This document shows, piece after piece, positions 12,501-23,319 of a DNA stretch of 64,000 nucleotides. Each line of letters begins with the position of its first letter. Position 1 is the stretch's first letter. This stretch comes from Scyliorhinus canicula. Lineage: Eukaryota. Made by a program: the position numbers and the translations under genes. The notes under the pieces were generated by a model. That model had not been told where the DNA came from and did not search any database. It worked only from the letters and a program-made list of their open reading frames with translations. The DNA lies in NCBI RefSeq assembly GCF_902713615.1, contig NW_024055475.1, forward strand, positions 186,001 through 250,000. The letters are read 5' to 3'.

Positions 12501-15500
12501 CTCACTCACACACCCTCACTCACTCACACCTGTCACTGACCCACCCACCCTCATCCACCCTCACTCACATATCCTCACTCACACGCACTCACCACCCTCC
12601 CTGAATCTCCCTCACACTCCTACACTCCCCCGCCCACCCTCACTCACTCACACTCCCTCACTCATTCACACACCATCACTCACACACCCTCACTCACACC
12701 CCCTCACTCACACACCCTCAGTCACACACCCTCACTCACACACCCTCAATCACACACCCTCACTCACACGCCCTCACTGACTCCTACACCCTCATTCACA
12801 CATCCTCACTCACACATACTCACACGCACTCGCCACGCTCCCTGAATCTCCCTCACTCTCCTACACTCCCTCGCCAACCTCACTCACTCACACACCCTCA
12901 CTCACTCCCACACCCTCACTCACACACCCTCACTCGCTCACACACCCTCACTCACACATCCTCACTCCCACACCCTCACTCACACATCCTCACTCACACA
13001 CCCTCACTCACACATCCTCACTCACACATACTCGCACACACTCGCCACCCTCCCTGAATCTCCCTCACTCTCGTACACTCCCTCGCCCACCCTCACTCAC
13101 TCACACCCCTCACTCACACACCCTCACTCACCCACCCTCACTCACTCACACCCCTCACTGACTCATCCACCCTCACTCACACAGCCTCACTCACTCACAC
13201 ACACATCCTCACACACCCTCACTCACTCACCCACTCACTCACTCACACCCAACCTCACTCACACACCCGCACTCACACATCCTCACACACTAATGCACAC
13301 TCCCTCACTCACATGCCTTCACTCACTCACACACCCTCACTCACCCACCCTGACACACTGACCCACCCCACTCACACACCCTCATTCACCAACCCTCACT
13401 TATCCACCCTCACTCACACATCTTCACTGATCCACCCTCACACACCCACCCTCACTCGCACACACTCACCACCCTCCCTGAATCTCCCTCATTCACTGAC
13501 TCTCATTTCCACACCCTCACTCGCTCCCACACCCTCACTCAACACCCTCACTCACACACCCTCACTCACACGCCCTCACTCACTCCCACACCCTCACTCA
13601 CACATCCTCACTCACACATACTCACACGCACTCGCCACCCTCCCTGAATCTCCCTCACTCTCCTACACTCCCTCGCCCACCCTCACTCACTCACACACCC
13701 TCACTCACTCCCACACCCTCACTCACACATCCTCACTCACACACCCTCACTCACACATCCTCACTCACACATACTCACACGCACTCGCCATCCTCCCTGA
13801 ATCTCCCTCACTCTCCTACACTCCCTCACCCACCCTCACTCACTCACACACCCTCACTCACTCCCACACCCTCACTCACACATCCTCACTCACACACCCT
13901 CACTCACACGCCCTCACTCACACACCCTCAATCACTCACCCTCACTCACACACCTTCACTCACACACCCTCATTCACTCACACCCCTCACTCACAGACCC
14001 TCACTCACTCACACCCCTCACTGACCCACCCACCCTCACTCATCCACCCTCACTCACACATCCTCACTCACACGCACTCACCATCCTCCTTGAATCTCCC
14101 TCACTCTCCTACACTCCCATGCCCACCCTCACTCACTCACACACCCTCACTCACAAACCATCACTCACTCACACACCCTCACCCACACACCCTCACTCAC
14201 TCACACCCCTCACTCACACACCCTCACTCACACACCCTCACCCCTCACTGACTCATCCACCCTCACTCATCCACCCTCACTCACACATCCTCACTCACAC
14301 ATCCTCACTCACACACACTCACTCAGATGTACTCATGACACTTCCTGAATCTCCCTCACGCACCTACTCTCCCTTGCCCACCCTCACTCACTCAAACAGC
14401 CTCACTCACTATAACACCCTCACTCACCATCCCTCTCTCACACTCATTGACTCACACTTGCTAGCCCAACCTAAATTGCTCAATCTCATTCAGCCACACT
14501 CATTCACACACCCTCACTCCACCTTAGTCACTGACACTGATTCACTCACCCACCCTCACTGACTCAGCCTCACACACCCACCCTCACGCATCCTCACTAA
14601 CCCTCAGTCACACAACCTCACTCAGTCCACCCTCACTCATTCAGCCTCAGTCACACACCTTCACACTACCCTCATTACTCACCCTCAATCATCTTCACTC
14701 ACTCACACACCCTCACTCATTCTTCCTCGTTCACCCAGCTTTATTCACTCACCCACTCTCACTCTCTCAGCCTCATTCACTCACCTACCGACCCTCACTC
14801 ACCTTCATTCAGTAACCCACCTACGCACCCAACCTCATTCAGCCTCACACACCCACCCTCACATATCCTCCTTCAGTCTCTCAGCTCAATCAATCACCCA
14901 TCCTCACTCACTCACCCTCACTCACTCACCCACCCATCCTCACTCACTCCCCCTCACTCATCCACCCACCCTCACTCATCCTCATCCAATCACTCAGCTC
15001 AATCAATCACCCATCCTCACTCACTCCCCCTCACTCATCCACCCACCCTCATTTACTCACGCTCAGTCACACACCCACCCTCACTCATCCTCATCCAATC
15101 ACTCAGCTCAATCAATCACCCATCCTCACACACTCACCCTCACTAACTCACCCACCCACCCTCACTTACCCACGCTCAGTCACACACCCTAACACACTCA
15201 CTCTCATCCACTTACACTCACTAACCCACCCACCCTCACTTACCCACGCTCAGTCACACTACCTCACACACTCACCCTCATTCACTTATCCTCACCCACC
15301 CACCCTCACACTGTCCTCACTTACTCACCCACATTCACTAACACACCCACTCTCACTCACCCACTCTCATTCACTCGACCTCACTGACGCCCACAATCAC
15401 TCACCTCACTCACTCACTCTCTCACTCATACTCACCCACTCACCTACCCTCAGTAAACTACCCTAACTCAGCCCCACTCACTCAACATCACACCCACCAT

Positions 15501-16440
15501 CACTCCCCCATCCTCTCGCATTCGCCCACCCTGACTCACTACCCTCACTCACCCACCCTGACCCACTACCCTGACTCACTACCCTCACTCACCCACCCTG
15601 ACCCACTACCCTGACTCACTACCCTCACTCACACAGCCTCACTCACAAGGCGTCTCTCACCCACCATTTCCCATGCACTTTCACTCACAATCTCACCCAT
15701 CCTCATTCACACACCCTCACTCACCCATGTTCCCTCTTACATCCTCCCTCAGCCACCCTTACTTACACACACTCATGCACCCACACTTTTTCACCCGCTC
15801 TCAGTCACCGTCACTTACACACACTCACTCACCATCACTCACACACTCTCATTAACTCACTCACCATCACTCACCCAACCTCATTAAATCACCCTCGCCT
15901 CTCACCCTCACTCACTCATGCACCCACTCTCATTCACTCCCTCATTCTCACCCATCCACACTTATTCTCTCATTCACCCTTACTCACTCAACCACTATCA
16001 CATACCCTCGCTCACCCACCCACACCCATGCGCCGCCGCTCATACACCCTCACTCACCCAAGTTCACCCACTAATTATGTTACAAACCTCGTTCACAGCC
16101 ACACTCATACAGCCTTAACCACCCTCACTCATTCACTCTCACTCATTCACCCTCACGCATTGACCTTCGTTCACTCACCCTCCCCATTCACTCACCCGCA
16201 GTTACCAATCCTGCCTCACCCACCCTCACCCACTCACCTACACCACACAACTTCACTCACAAACTCGCCCTCCAGGCTTCACTCACCCATCCTCACTTAT
16301 TTTCCACCTCTGACTCACTGTCCCTCACCCATCATGACTCACTCACCCTCAGTGACACACCCTCACCCAATTACCCTCACTTAGTCAAACCCCCATTCTC
16401 TCCCACTCATCCACACTCTCATATCCTCAATCACCCAACT
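9560..16440 (+). repeat. ~7-kb CACCCTCACTCACA-type satellite with higher-order repeats
   Basis: 14-nt core unit, nearly G-free + strand. Higher-order blocks: ctaatgcacactccc at ~9711/11097/13290; 751-bp near-exact duplication (gtcactgacc 11781/12532; cgtacactc 12321/13072). Confidence 0.95.
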
Positions 16441-16920
16441 CACTCACCCGCACTCACTCTCCCACCCTCACTCAGTTACTCACTCACCCGCACTCACTCT
16501 CCTACCCTCACTCAGTTACTCGCTCACCCACACTCACTCTCCTACCGTCACTCAGTTACTCACTCACCCACACTCACTCTCCTACCCTCACTCAGTTACT
16601 CACTCACCCGCACTCACTCCACTACCCTCACTCAGTTACTCACTCACCCGCACTCACTCTCCTACCCTCACTCAGGTACTCACTCACCCACACTCACTCT
16701 TCTACCCTCACTCAGTTACTCCCTCACCCGCACTCATTCTCCTACCCTCACTCAGTTACTCACTCACCCGCACTCACTCTCCTACCCTCACTCAGTTACT
16801 CACTCACCCACACTCACTCTCCTACCCTCACTCAGTTACTCACTCACCCACACTCACTCTCCTACCCTCACTCAGTTACTCACTCACTCTCCTACCCTTA
16901 CTCAGTTACTCAGTCACTCT
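16441..16920 (+). repeat. 40-bp minisatellite, 11 units plus one partial
   Basis: Unit CACTCACCCGCACTCACTCTCCTACCCTCACTCAGTTACT in exact 40-nt register from 16441 to 16880. Confidence 0.95.
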
Positions 16921-16959
16921 CTTCATTCTCTCTTATTCACGGTCCCTAAATCAGCGAGG

Positions 16960-17640
16960 GAATGTCTGGAACGAGAGAGAAAGAGAGAACTGTGGCGAGA
17001 CATGAGCACGAGAGGTGCCCACGTGTGTCTGTTGGCCCGGGATTGGGGAGAGCCGGGGGATAGTTCAGAGAGCCGGGAGAAAGCGCCGGAGCCGGGAGAA
17101 AGCGCCGGAGCCGGAAAAAGAGCCAGGAGGCAGGGAAAGGGCAGGAAAGGGGGAGGAGGGGGCAAGCACAGAGATGTGGGAGCCAGGGGAGAGATTCTGC
17201 GGAAGCTCAGGGAGCCGTCGCAAAGGACAGAGAGCTGGAAGAAAGCGGAGAGAGCAGGGGAAAGGTGCCGAGAGCCGGTGGAAGGTGCAGAGAGCTGAGA
17301 GAATTGCAGTGATCGGGAAGAAACTCAGCAAAGAGTGGGCGATAAGCGGTAAGATTCCGCGCATAATAATGGCAAAAACTGAAAGAACCGCGGAAAGTAC
17401 CAGGAACCGGGGCAAACTGCAAAGAACGGGAAAAGTGAAGAACGCATGGACAAAGCAGAACGAGATGGAGGAAAGTGCGGAGAGACACAGGAAAAGGCAG
17501 AGATGTCGGGGAAAGCCGTCTAAAAGAGCAGACAGCTGAAATAAAGTGAAGGGAGCAGGTGAAAGGTGCAGAGATCCAGCGGAATGGCAGAGAGACGGGG
17601 GAACGAACAGAGAGCGCGGGGCGGGGTGCGGGGGGATTGC
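16960..17640 (+). repeat. Purine-rich, G-skewed, CpG-containing degenerate repeat block
   Basis: Recurrent GAGAGCCGG/GAGAGCTG/GAGAGCAGG words and a direct repeat of gagccgggagaaagcgccg. G-run cluster at 17597-17635. Confidence 0.75.
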
Positions 17641-17672
17641 AGCCAGCCCGGTCTCAGTGACAGGCGGAAGGC

Positions 17673-17938
17673 TGTTGATTGTGACGTACACAGCTCAGTT
17701 CGCTGGATTGTGACGTGCACAGCTCAGTTAGCTGGATTGTGACGTGCACAGCTCAGTTTGCTGGATTGTGACGTACACAGCTCAGTTAGCTGGATTGTGA
17801 CGTTACAGCTCAGTTAGCTGGATTGTGCCGTACACAGCTCAGTTAGCTGGATTGTGACGTACACAGCTCAGTTAGCTGGATTATGACGTACACAGCTCAG
17901 TTAGCTGGATTATGACGTACACGGCTCAGTTAGCTGGA
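17673..17938 (+). repeat. 29-bp tandem array (~9 units), AGCT-rich
   Basis: Unit GCTGGATTGTGACGTACACAGCTCAGTTA starts at 17702, 17731, 17760, 17789, 17817, 17846, 17875, 17904. I count 15 AGCT and 8 TGACGT. Confidence 0.95.
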
Positions 17939-18020
17939 CGGCTGGTTCGTGATGAAGAGCGATCCCAGCAGCGCGGGTTCAATTGCTGCACCGGCTGAGG
18001 GTATTCATAAAGAACCCCAG
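17922..18020 (+). mobile_element. 5' part of a tRNA-derived SINE, continuing from the last array unit
   Basis: gctcagttagctggacggctggttcgtgatg..GGTTCAATT (B box 17976)..ggctgagg..ttcat is homologous to the SINE at 40290-40505. Confidence 0.75.
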
Positions 18021-18367
18021 GACTATGGCGGGGTTTTACATTTTGGAGAACATGATGGCTAAAATAATGGGAAAAATCATCCGCTCTTCGCTTTCAATCC
18101 AATGAAATTTACATCATTCTGATTACATCAAAATGTTGTTTTTTTGCCAGGTGATATGGACTGAGAAAAATATGTAAGTTTCCAATGAGTGGCCAAACAG
18201 GTGGTGATTCTCAAATGATAGAACTAATAGAAGCTGAAATGTGGATGGAGCATTTGTTGGGAAAATGTTGGAATAAACGCATCATTCTCGTGAATTTTAG
18301 AAATGTTTGGTTGCTTAATAAATACAATCCCAGAGTCTAACTTGTTGAATGGGCCATTCTCTCCCAG

Positions 18368-18667
18368 CGACACTGTCTCCGCCCACTCTCTACAGCCTGG
18401 TCTCCTCCTGTCAGCAACACAACACCGACGGCTCCGTAACCGTTGGCTGTTTAGCGATGGACTACTCCCCAGAAATCACCAGCCTCACCTGGAAGAAAGA
18501 TGGGCAGCTGATCACCACTGGAGTTAAGAAATACCCGTCAGTGAGAAACAAAAAGGGAACCTACACCCTGAGCAGCCAGTTAACCATCACCGAGTCAGAG
18601 GGGGAATGCAACAAAATCAGCTGTGAGGTTCGACACAGCGGCTCAGACAAGAGCATTGAAATTAAAT
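18368..18667 (+). CDS. IGHM: IgM CH1 exon
   Basis: ctcccag|CG; [39 protein letters not shown]..; donor T|GTAAGT. Confidence 0.97.
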
Positions 18668-18865
18668 GTAAGTGTTGTAGAAACTGTGAGAAACAGACGT
18701 TTGATTACTTTATTTAAATCTTTGGTCATAACACATTGATGGTTCTCTGCACAGTTCTGATTCCTGCGAGAAATAGTGATCACAGAGAAACTGTTAAAAT
18801 ATAATTAAACATTTTATTCGTCACAACATCTTCTTCAAGAAATGTCTAACTTGTGTTTCTTGAAG

Positions 18866-19177
18866 GTCCTCCACCTGACATCCATCCAAATGTTCTCCTC
18901 ACCGTGAGTTCCAGTGAAGAAATCACAAGCAAGAAATTTGTAACCATCGTCTGTTCAATCAACGATTTCAGTCCAAAGTCAATCACGGTGAAATGGCTGA
19001 AGAATGGACAACCTATGGATTCAGGAATTATCACCTCTCCCGCCTGTGAAGTGAACGGGAATTTCTCAGCGAGCAGTCGGCTGACAGTCTCCGCTGGGGA
19101 ATGGTTCAGCAAAGCGGTCTACACCTGCCAGGTCACTCATCAAGAGGTCACCCAAAGTCTCAACATCACCGCGTCTG
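18866..19177 (+). CDS. IGHM: IgM CH2 exon
   Basis: ttcttgaag|GT; [41 protein letters not shown]; donor G|GTAAGA. Confidence 0.96.
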
Positions 19178-19704
19178 GTAAGAGACACAAACAGAGGAAA
19201 CAATAAATGATCCTGCATTCTGATGTTAATCAAAATCAGGAATTTACTGGAGTTAGTACAAAGCACAGAACAACTTCTAATTTACTGCCATGTAGTTTGT
19301 GTTTCATTCTGATGTAAGACCTGCATTAGGATTGCTCACCATTCAGGATTTGATCAGTATAGAAATAAATGTTTCCCTCTAATTTGAAGTAATTTAGGGA
19401 ATGAGGTGGATTTGATATTAGCTTTATCCTGAGACAGCTGATTAAATTGCAGAGGCAATGGCTGTCTGGAACCCTTTACTGAAACCAGCTCGGGACGAAG
19501 ATTTTGGAATGTTTATCCAACCTATTTATAAATCAGCCTTCAGCATTAGGTTTCTGAGATCAGGACTGGAATATTTGTATTGGCAATGCTGCAATACTGA
19601 TTCATTAGAATGGTATCGGGGCTGACTGTATTTCAAAATGAGAATAGTTTTCACAAACCAAACTGGTTTTCCATTGTGTGTAGAAGATTAAAGACGATAA
19701 TTGG

Positions 19705-19885
19705 AAATGAAATGAAAATCGCTTATTGTCACGAGTAGGCTTCAATGAAGCTACTGTGAAAAACCCCTAGTCGCCACATTCCGGCGCCTGTCCGGGGAGG
19801 CTGGTACGGGAATCAAACCGTGCTGCTGGCCTACTTGGTCTGCTTTAAAAGCCAGCGATTTAGCCTTGTGAGCTAAACCAGCCCC
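19705..19885 (-). mobile_element. Short tRNA-derived SINE (family also at ~20945-21118 -, 21488-21580 -, 27385-27545 +, 59395-59568 -)
   Basis: Recurrent ~180-bp unit cgcttattgtcacgagtaggcttcaatgaag..ggtacgggaatc(a/g)aacc..gctaaaccagcccc, with A/B-box-like motifs on the element strand. Confidence 0.8.
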
Positions 19886-20000
19886 ATGGAGGTTGATGTT
19901 TCGGAGTTGATTGATTCCCATTGAGTGAGTGAAGGCTGAATCCTGCTGTCCTAATTCTGAAGATGAAACTTGGGTTGATTTCGACCTTTTTCAATCACAG

Positions 20001-20309
20001 ATTCTTCCGTTCGCACTGATGCCTCAGTAACAATACTGCCACCACCAATAGAACAGGTCTTACTGGAGGCGACTGTAACCTTAACCTGCGTCATTTCGAA
20101 TGCTCCTTATGGAGTCACCGTGTCCTGGAGTGAAGCGAAGAAGCCGCTGAAATCAGAGATTGCCGACCAGCCTGGGGCAGATACTGAGAGCGTGGTCAGC
20201 AAATTAAACATCTCCACACAAGCCTGGCTGAGCGGGGCTGTGTTTGACTGTGTGGCGAGCCATCAGGACCTGCCAACTCCTTTAAGAATTTCAATTCACA
20301 AAAAAATAG
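20001..20309 (+). CDS. IGHM: IgM CH3 exon
   Basis: tcaatcacag|AT; [48 protein letters not shown]..; donor G|GTGAGC. Confidence 0.96.
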
Positions 20310-20519
20310 GTGAGCGGTGAGATTGAAGCAATAAGTGAATCATTGTGTCTATTTCCAGTGTCAGTGCAGCGGTCAGTATTTAGCATTCAGTGTATTTATG
20401 GTCCATACTGATTGGTAATTCCACTAACAAAATACTCTGGTCATTTAGAGTTTAAGGGGGAAATTGATATCTAGCAGAATGAACAATGAAACCCAACAGT
20501 GATATTAGGTTTAGATGGA

Positions 20520-21290
20520 GCGAGACCATAGACCAGAAGACTTAGGATCAGATGTAGGCCATTGGGCCCATCAACACTGGTCCAACCTTCAGTGAGATCA
20601 TGACTGATCTGCTATGATGATCTTCCACTCCTCTTTCCCGCCTTATCCCCCTATCTCTTGACTCCTTTACTGATTTAAAATGTGTCTCTCTCAACCTTGA
20701 ACATACTGAACAACCCAGAATCTACAGTCCCCTGCGTTAAATAATTCCACAGCTTCACTACCCTCTGAGACAGGAAATTCCTTCTCATCTCTGTCTTAAA
20801 TGGGAGAACCCTCATTTTGTGATCCTGCACTCTGCTCCTAGACCCTCCCACAGGGGAAAACAACCCATCAGCGTTTATCCTACGAAGCTCCCGGAGAATA
20901 TCTCAATTAGGCCGCCTTTATTACTCTAAACCCCAATAATGAAAAACACTTATTGTCACGAGTAGGCTTCAATGAAGTTACTGTGAAAAGCCCATAGTGC
21001 CACATTCCAGCGCTTGTTCGGGGAGGCTGTTACAGGAATCGAACCATGAACCACGATCGAAGGCCTGCCTTGATGTGCTTTCAAAGCCAGCAATTTAGCC
21101 CAGTGTGCTAAACAACCCCTATTAGTACAGCCCAACCTTAATACCCTCTCCCCAAAAGAAAATCCCTCCATACTCGGGATCAACCTCATGATCCTTCTCT
21201 GGACTGCCTTCAAAACCAATCTGTCTTCCTTTGATACGGGCACCAAAACTATTCAAAGTGTATCAGATGTAGTCTAAGTAAATAATAATA
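20520..21290 (-). mobile_element. Decayed CR1-type LINE 3' fragment, interrupted by a SINE
   Basis: Minus ORFs EMRRNFLSQRVVKLWN and LKAVQRRIMRLIP match the CR1 ORF2 C-terminus. Confidence 0.75.
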
Positions 21291-21294
21291 ATGA

Positions 21295-21474
21295 TGTGGA
21301 GATGCCGGCATTGGACTGGGGTGAGAAGTCTGACAGCACCAGGTTAAAGTCTAACAGATTTGTTTCAAACACTAGCTTTCGGAGCACTGCTCCTTCCTCA
21401 GGTGAATGAGGAAGGAGCTGTGCTCCGAAAGCTAGTGTTTGAAACAAACCTGTTGGACTTTAACCTGGTGCTGT
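21295..21474 (-). mobile_element. Penelope-like terminal fragment forming a 68-bp-arm hairpin with a hammerhead-like core
   Basis: Arms 21333-21400 and 21407-21474 match at 65/68. Minus strand reads CAC-CTGAGGA-A-GGAGC agt GCTCC-GAAA-GCTA-GTG. A related piece is at 35923-35960. Penelope attribution is from recall. Confidence 0.6.
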
Positions 21475-21659
21475 AAATAATAATAATCACTATTGTCACA
21501 AGTAGGCTTCAATGAAGTTACTGTGAAAAGCCCCCAGTCGCAACTTTCTGGCACCTGTTTGGGGAGGCCTGTACGGGAATGCCTTGCATAGTTTTAGCTC
21601 GACTTTCCCATGTTTATATTCTATTCCCTATGAAATAAAATGTCAACATTCAATTTGTC

Positions 21660-22270
21660 TCCATATTACCTGCAGAACTTGCGTTTTGTGGCTTCAGCAC
21701 GAGGACCCCCAATTCCCCCGTTACTTCAGCTTTCTACAGTCTTTCTCCATCTAAATAATATTCCGTTATGTTCTTCCTCCTACCAAAGTGGCTAACCTCT
21801 CATTTTCGAATATTATGTTCCATCTGCGAAGTTTTTGCTCAGTAACTTAAGCTGTCTCTGTCCCTCTCTAGATTTTCTGTAATCCTCACCATTTTCTATA
21901 TTTGTATCTCCAGCCATGGCAATAGTACATCCACTTATTAAACACAGTTTTGAAATTCCTGTATATTACATCTACTGCCCCCCTCTCTCTAGCCTTCTCG
22001 TTATCACCTCAAAGAATTGCAATAAATTGTCAGGCATGATTTACCCTTCACGAAGCCGTGCAGACCCTGCTTGATTATATTCTGTCTGCTTAAATGCTCA
22101 GCTAATAAAGTCGCTGGCCTATAGTGCCCTGTTTTTGACTCCCTTCCTTTTGGCAGTTTTCCAATCCTCTGGGAGTAAGGTGGGAGGAGCCTAGTGTGGA
22201 GTTTATACACCAGCACAGAACAGTTGGGCCGAATGGCCTGTTTCCCTGCTGTACACTTTCTGAAACTTAC
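21660..22270. mobile_element. Highly decayed CR1 fragments
   Basis: Minus ORF fragment KQGLHGFVKGKSCLT (RT motif); CR1-like tail gggccgaatggcctgttt on + at ~22230. Confidence 0.6.
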
Positions 22271-22468
22271 GAATCCAACATCCGTAAATTCTCAGGGAAA
22301 AGGATTGTGTCCACCTCTGCTCCGAGCTGGGAAACCGGACAGATCCCAAAGTGGAAAATGGAAACCTTTAAAATCCAACACAAAACACATTTCTCCCACA
22401 TCTAACCCACGGTTCCATTGTCTCCGGAATTCCCCATTTTATTGACATTTATTGTACATTTTCTGCAG

Positions 22469-22860
22469 ATCCCAATCCGCGGGAACCGTCCGTCTCTGTC
22501 CTCCTGCCCTCGGCTGAAGATGTCTCCGCTCAGAGATTCGTCTCCCTCAGCTGCTTAGTGAGAGGTTTCTCCCCCCGAGAGATCTTCGTCAAGTGGACCG
22601 TCAATGACAAGCCGGTGAATCCCGGGAACTACAAGAACACCGAGGTGATGGCGGAGAACGGCAATAGCTCCTTCTTCATGTACAGCCTGTTATCCATTGC
22701 AGCGGAGGAGTGGGCCAGCGGCGCTTCTTACTCCTGTGTGGTGGGACATGAAGCCATCCCCTTGAAGATCATCAACAGAACGGTTGATAAATCCAGCGGT
22801 AAACCCAGTTTTGTGAACATTTCCCTCGCTCTGATGGACACCGTTAATTCATGTCAATGA
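22469..22860 (+). CDS. IGHM: IgM CH4 exon plus secretory tailpiece
   Basis: ttctgcag|AT; [67 protein letters not shown]. Tail has an NIS sequon and penultimate Cys; internal donor G|GTAAAC at 22799 serves the membrane form. Confidence 0.98.
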
Positions 22861-22887
22861 GAATCTATTGGTTATATTTTGAACTAA

Positions 22888-22902
22888 AATAAAAATAATA
22901 AA
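22888..22902 (+). terminator. Secretory-form polyadenylation signals
   Basis: AATAAA at 22888 and 22897, about 30-40 nt after the stop. Confidence 0.8.
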
Positions 22903-23319
22903 GGTTTTATTTCCTCCAATTGTGATTTAAATACACAGCCGCTTAATTAATGGAGCTTCCACTTTGCTGATATTAGATCTGTTCAATGAGACCCGGATTT
23001 CTACAGGTCTCAGCCCCAAGTCTGATACAACCAGTGCTCCCAGCTCAGATACACCCTGGGTTAGAGACAGAGTAAATCTCATTCATTCCAGGATTCAGCA
23101 AAATATCTTCATTGACTTTCCTTCCGCTGAGGAGAAATCGGACAATTCCCCATTTCAGACAAACAAACCCATCACCTTTAGATCTCGGTGTTCCTGCTTC
23201 TCTCATTGTCCATCCCTTTAAAATTAATGTCAGCTTTAAGTTGCTGCATCAGACCCACTGGGAACTGAATTGAGGGTCACACAGAAACATGGACAACAAT
23301 CCCCAGTCAAAGAGAGGGG

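Noticed and set aside
7675-16384. Many long His/Thr/Pro/Ser/Leu-rich ORFs (e.g. 13313-14251) and Val/Cys-rich minus ORFs
   Set aside because: Stop-free translation of G-poor CA/TCAC repeats inside the J-C intron; no domain or splice support.
9560-16440. Interstitial telomere
   Set aside because: The unit is CACCCTCACTCACA-like, not (CCCTAA)n.
17002-17691. 174-aa (+) and 208-aa (-) ORFs
   Set aside because: Expected from purine-biased composition; no recognisable domain.
22964-23221. Possible extra exon after CH4 (ctacag|GTCTCAGCC..; GLSPKSDTTSAPSS..)
   Set aside because: Lies beyond the secretory poly(A) signals; candidate donors give 53 or 65 nt, breaking frame with TM1; no Ig or TM similarity.
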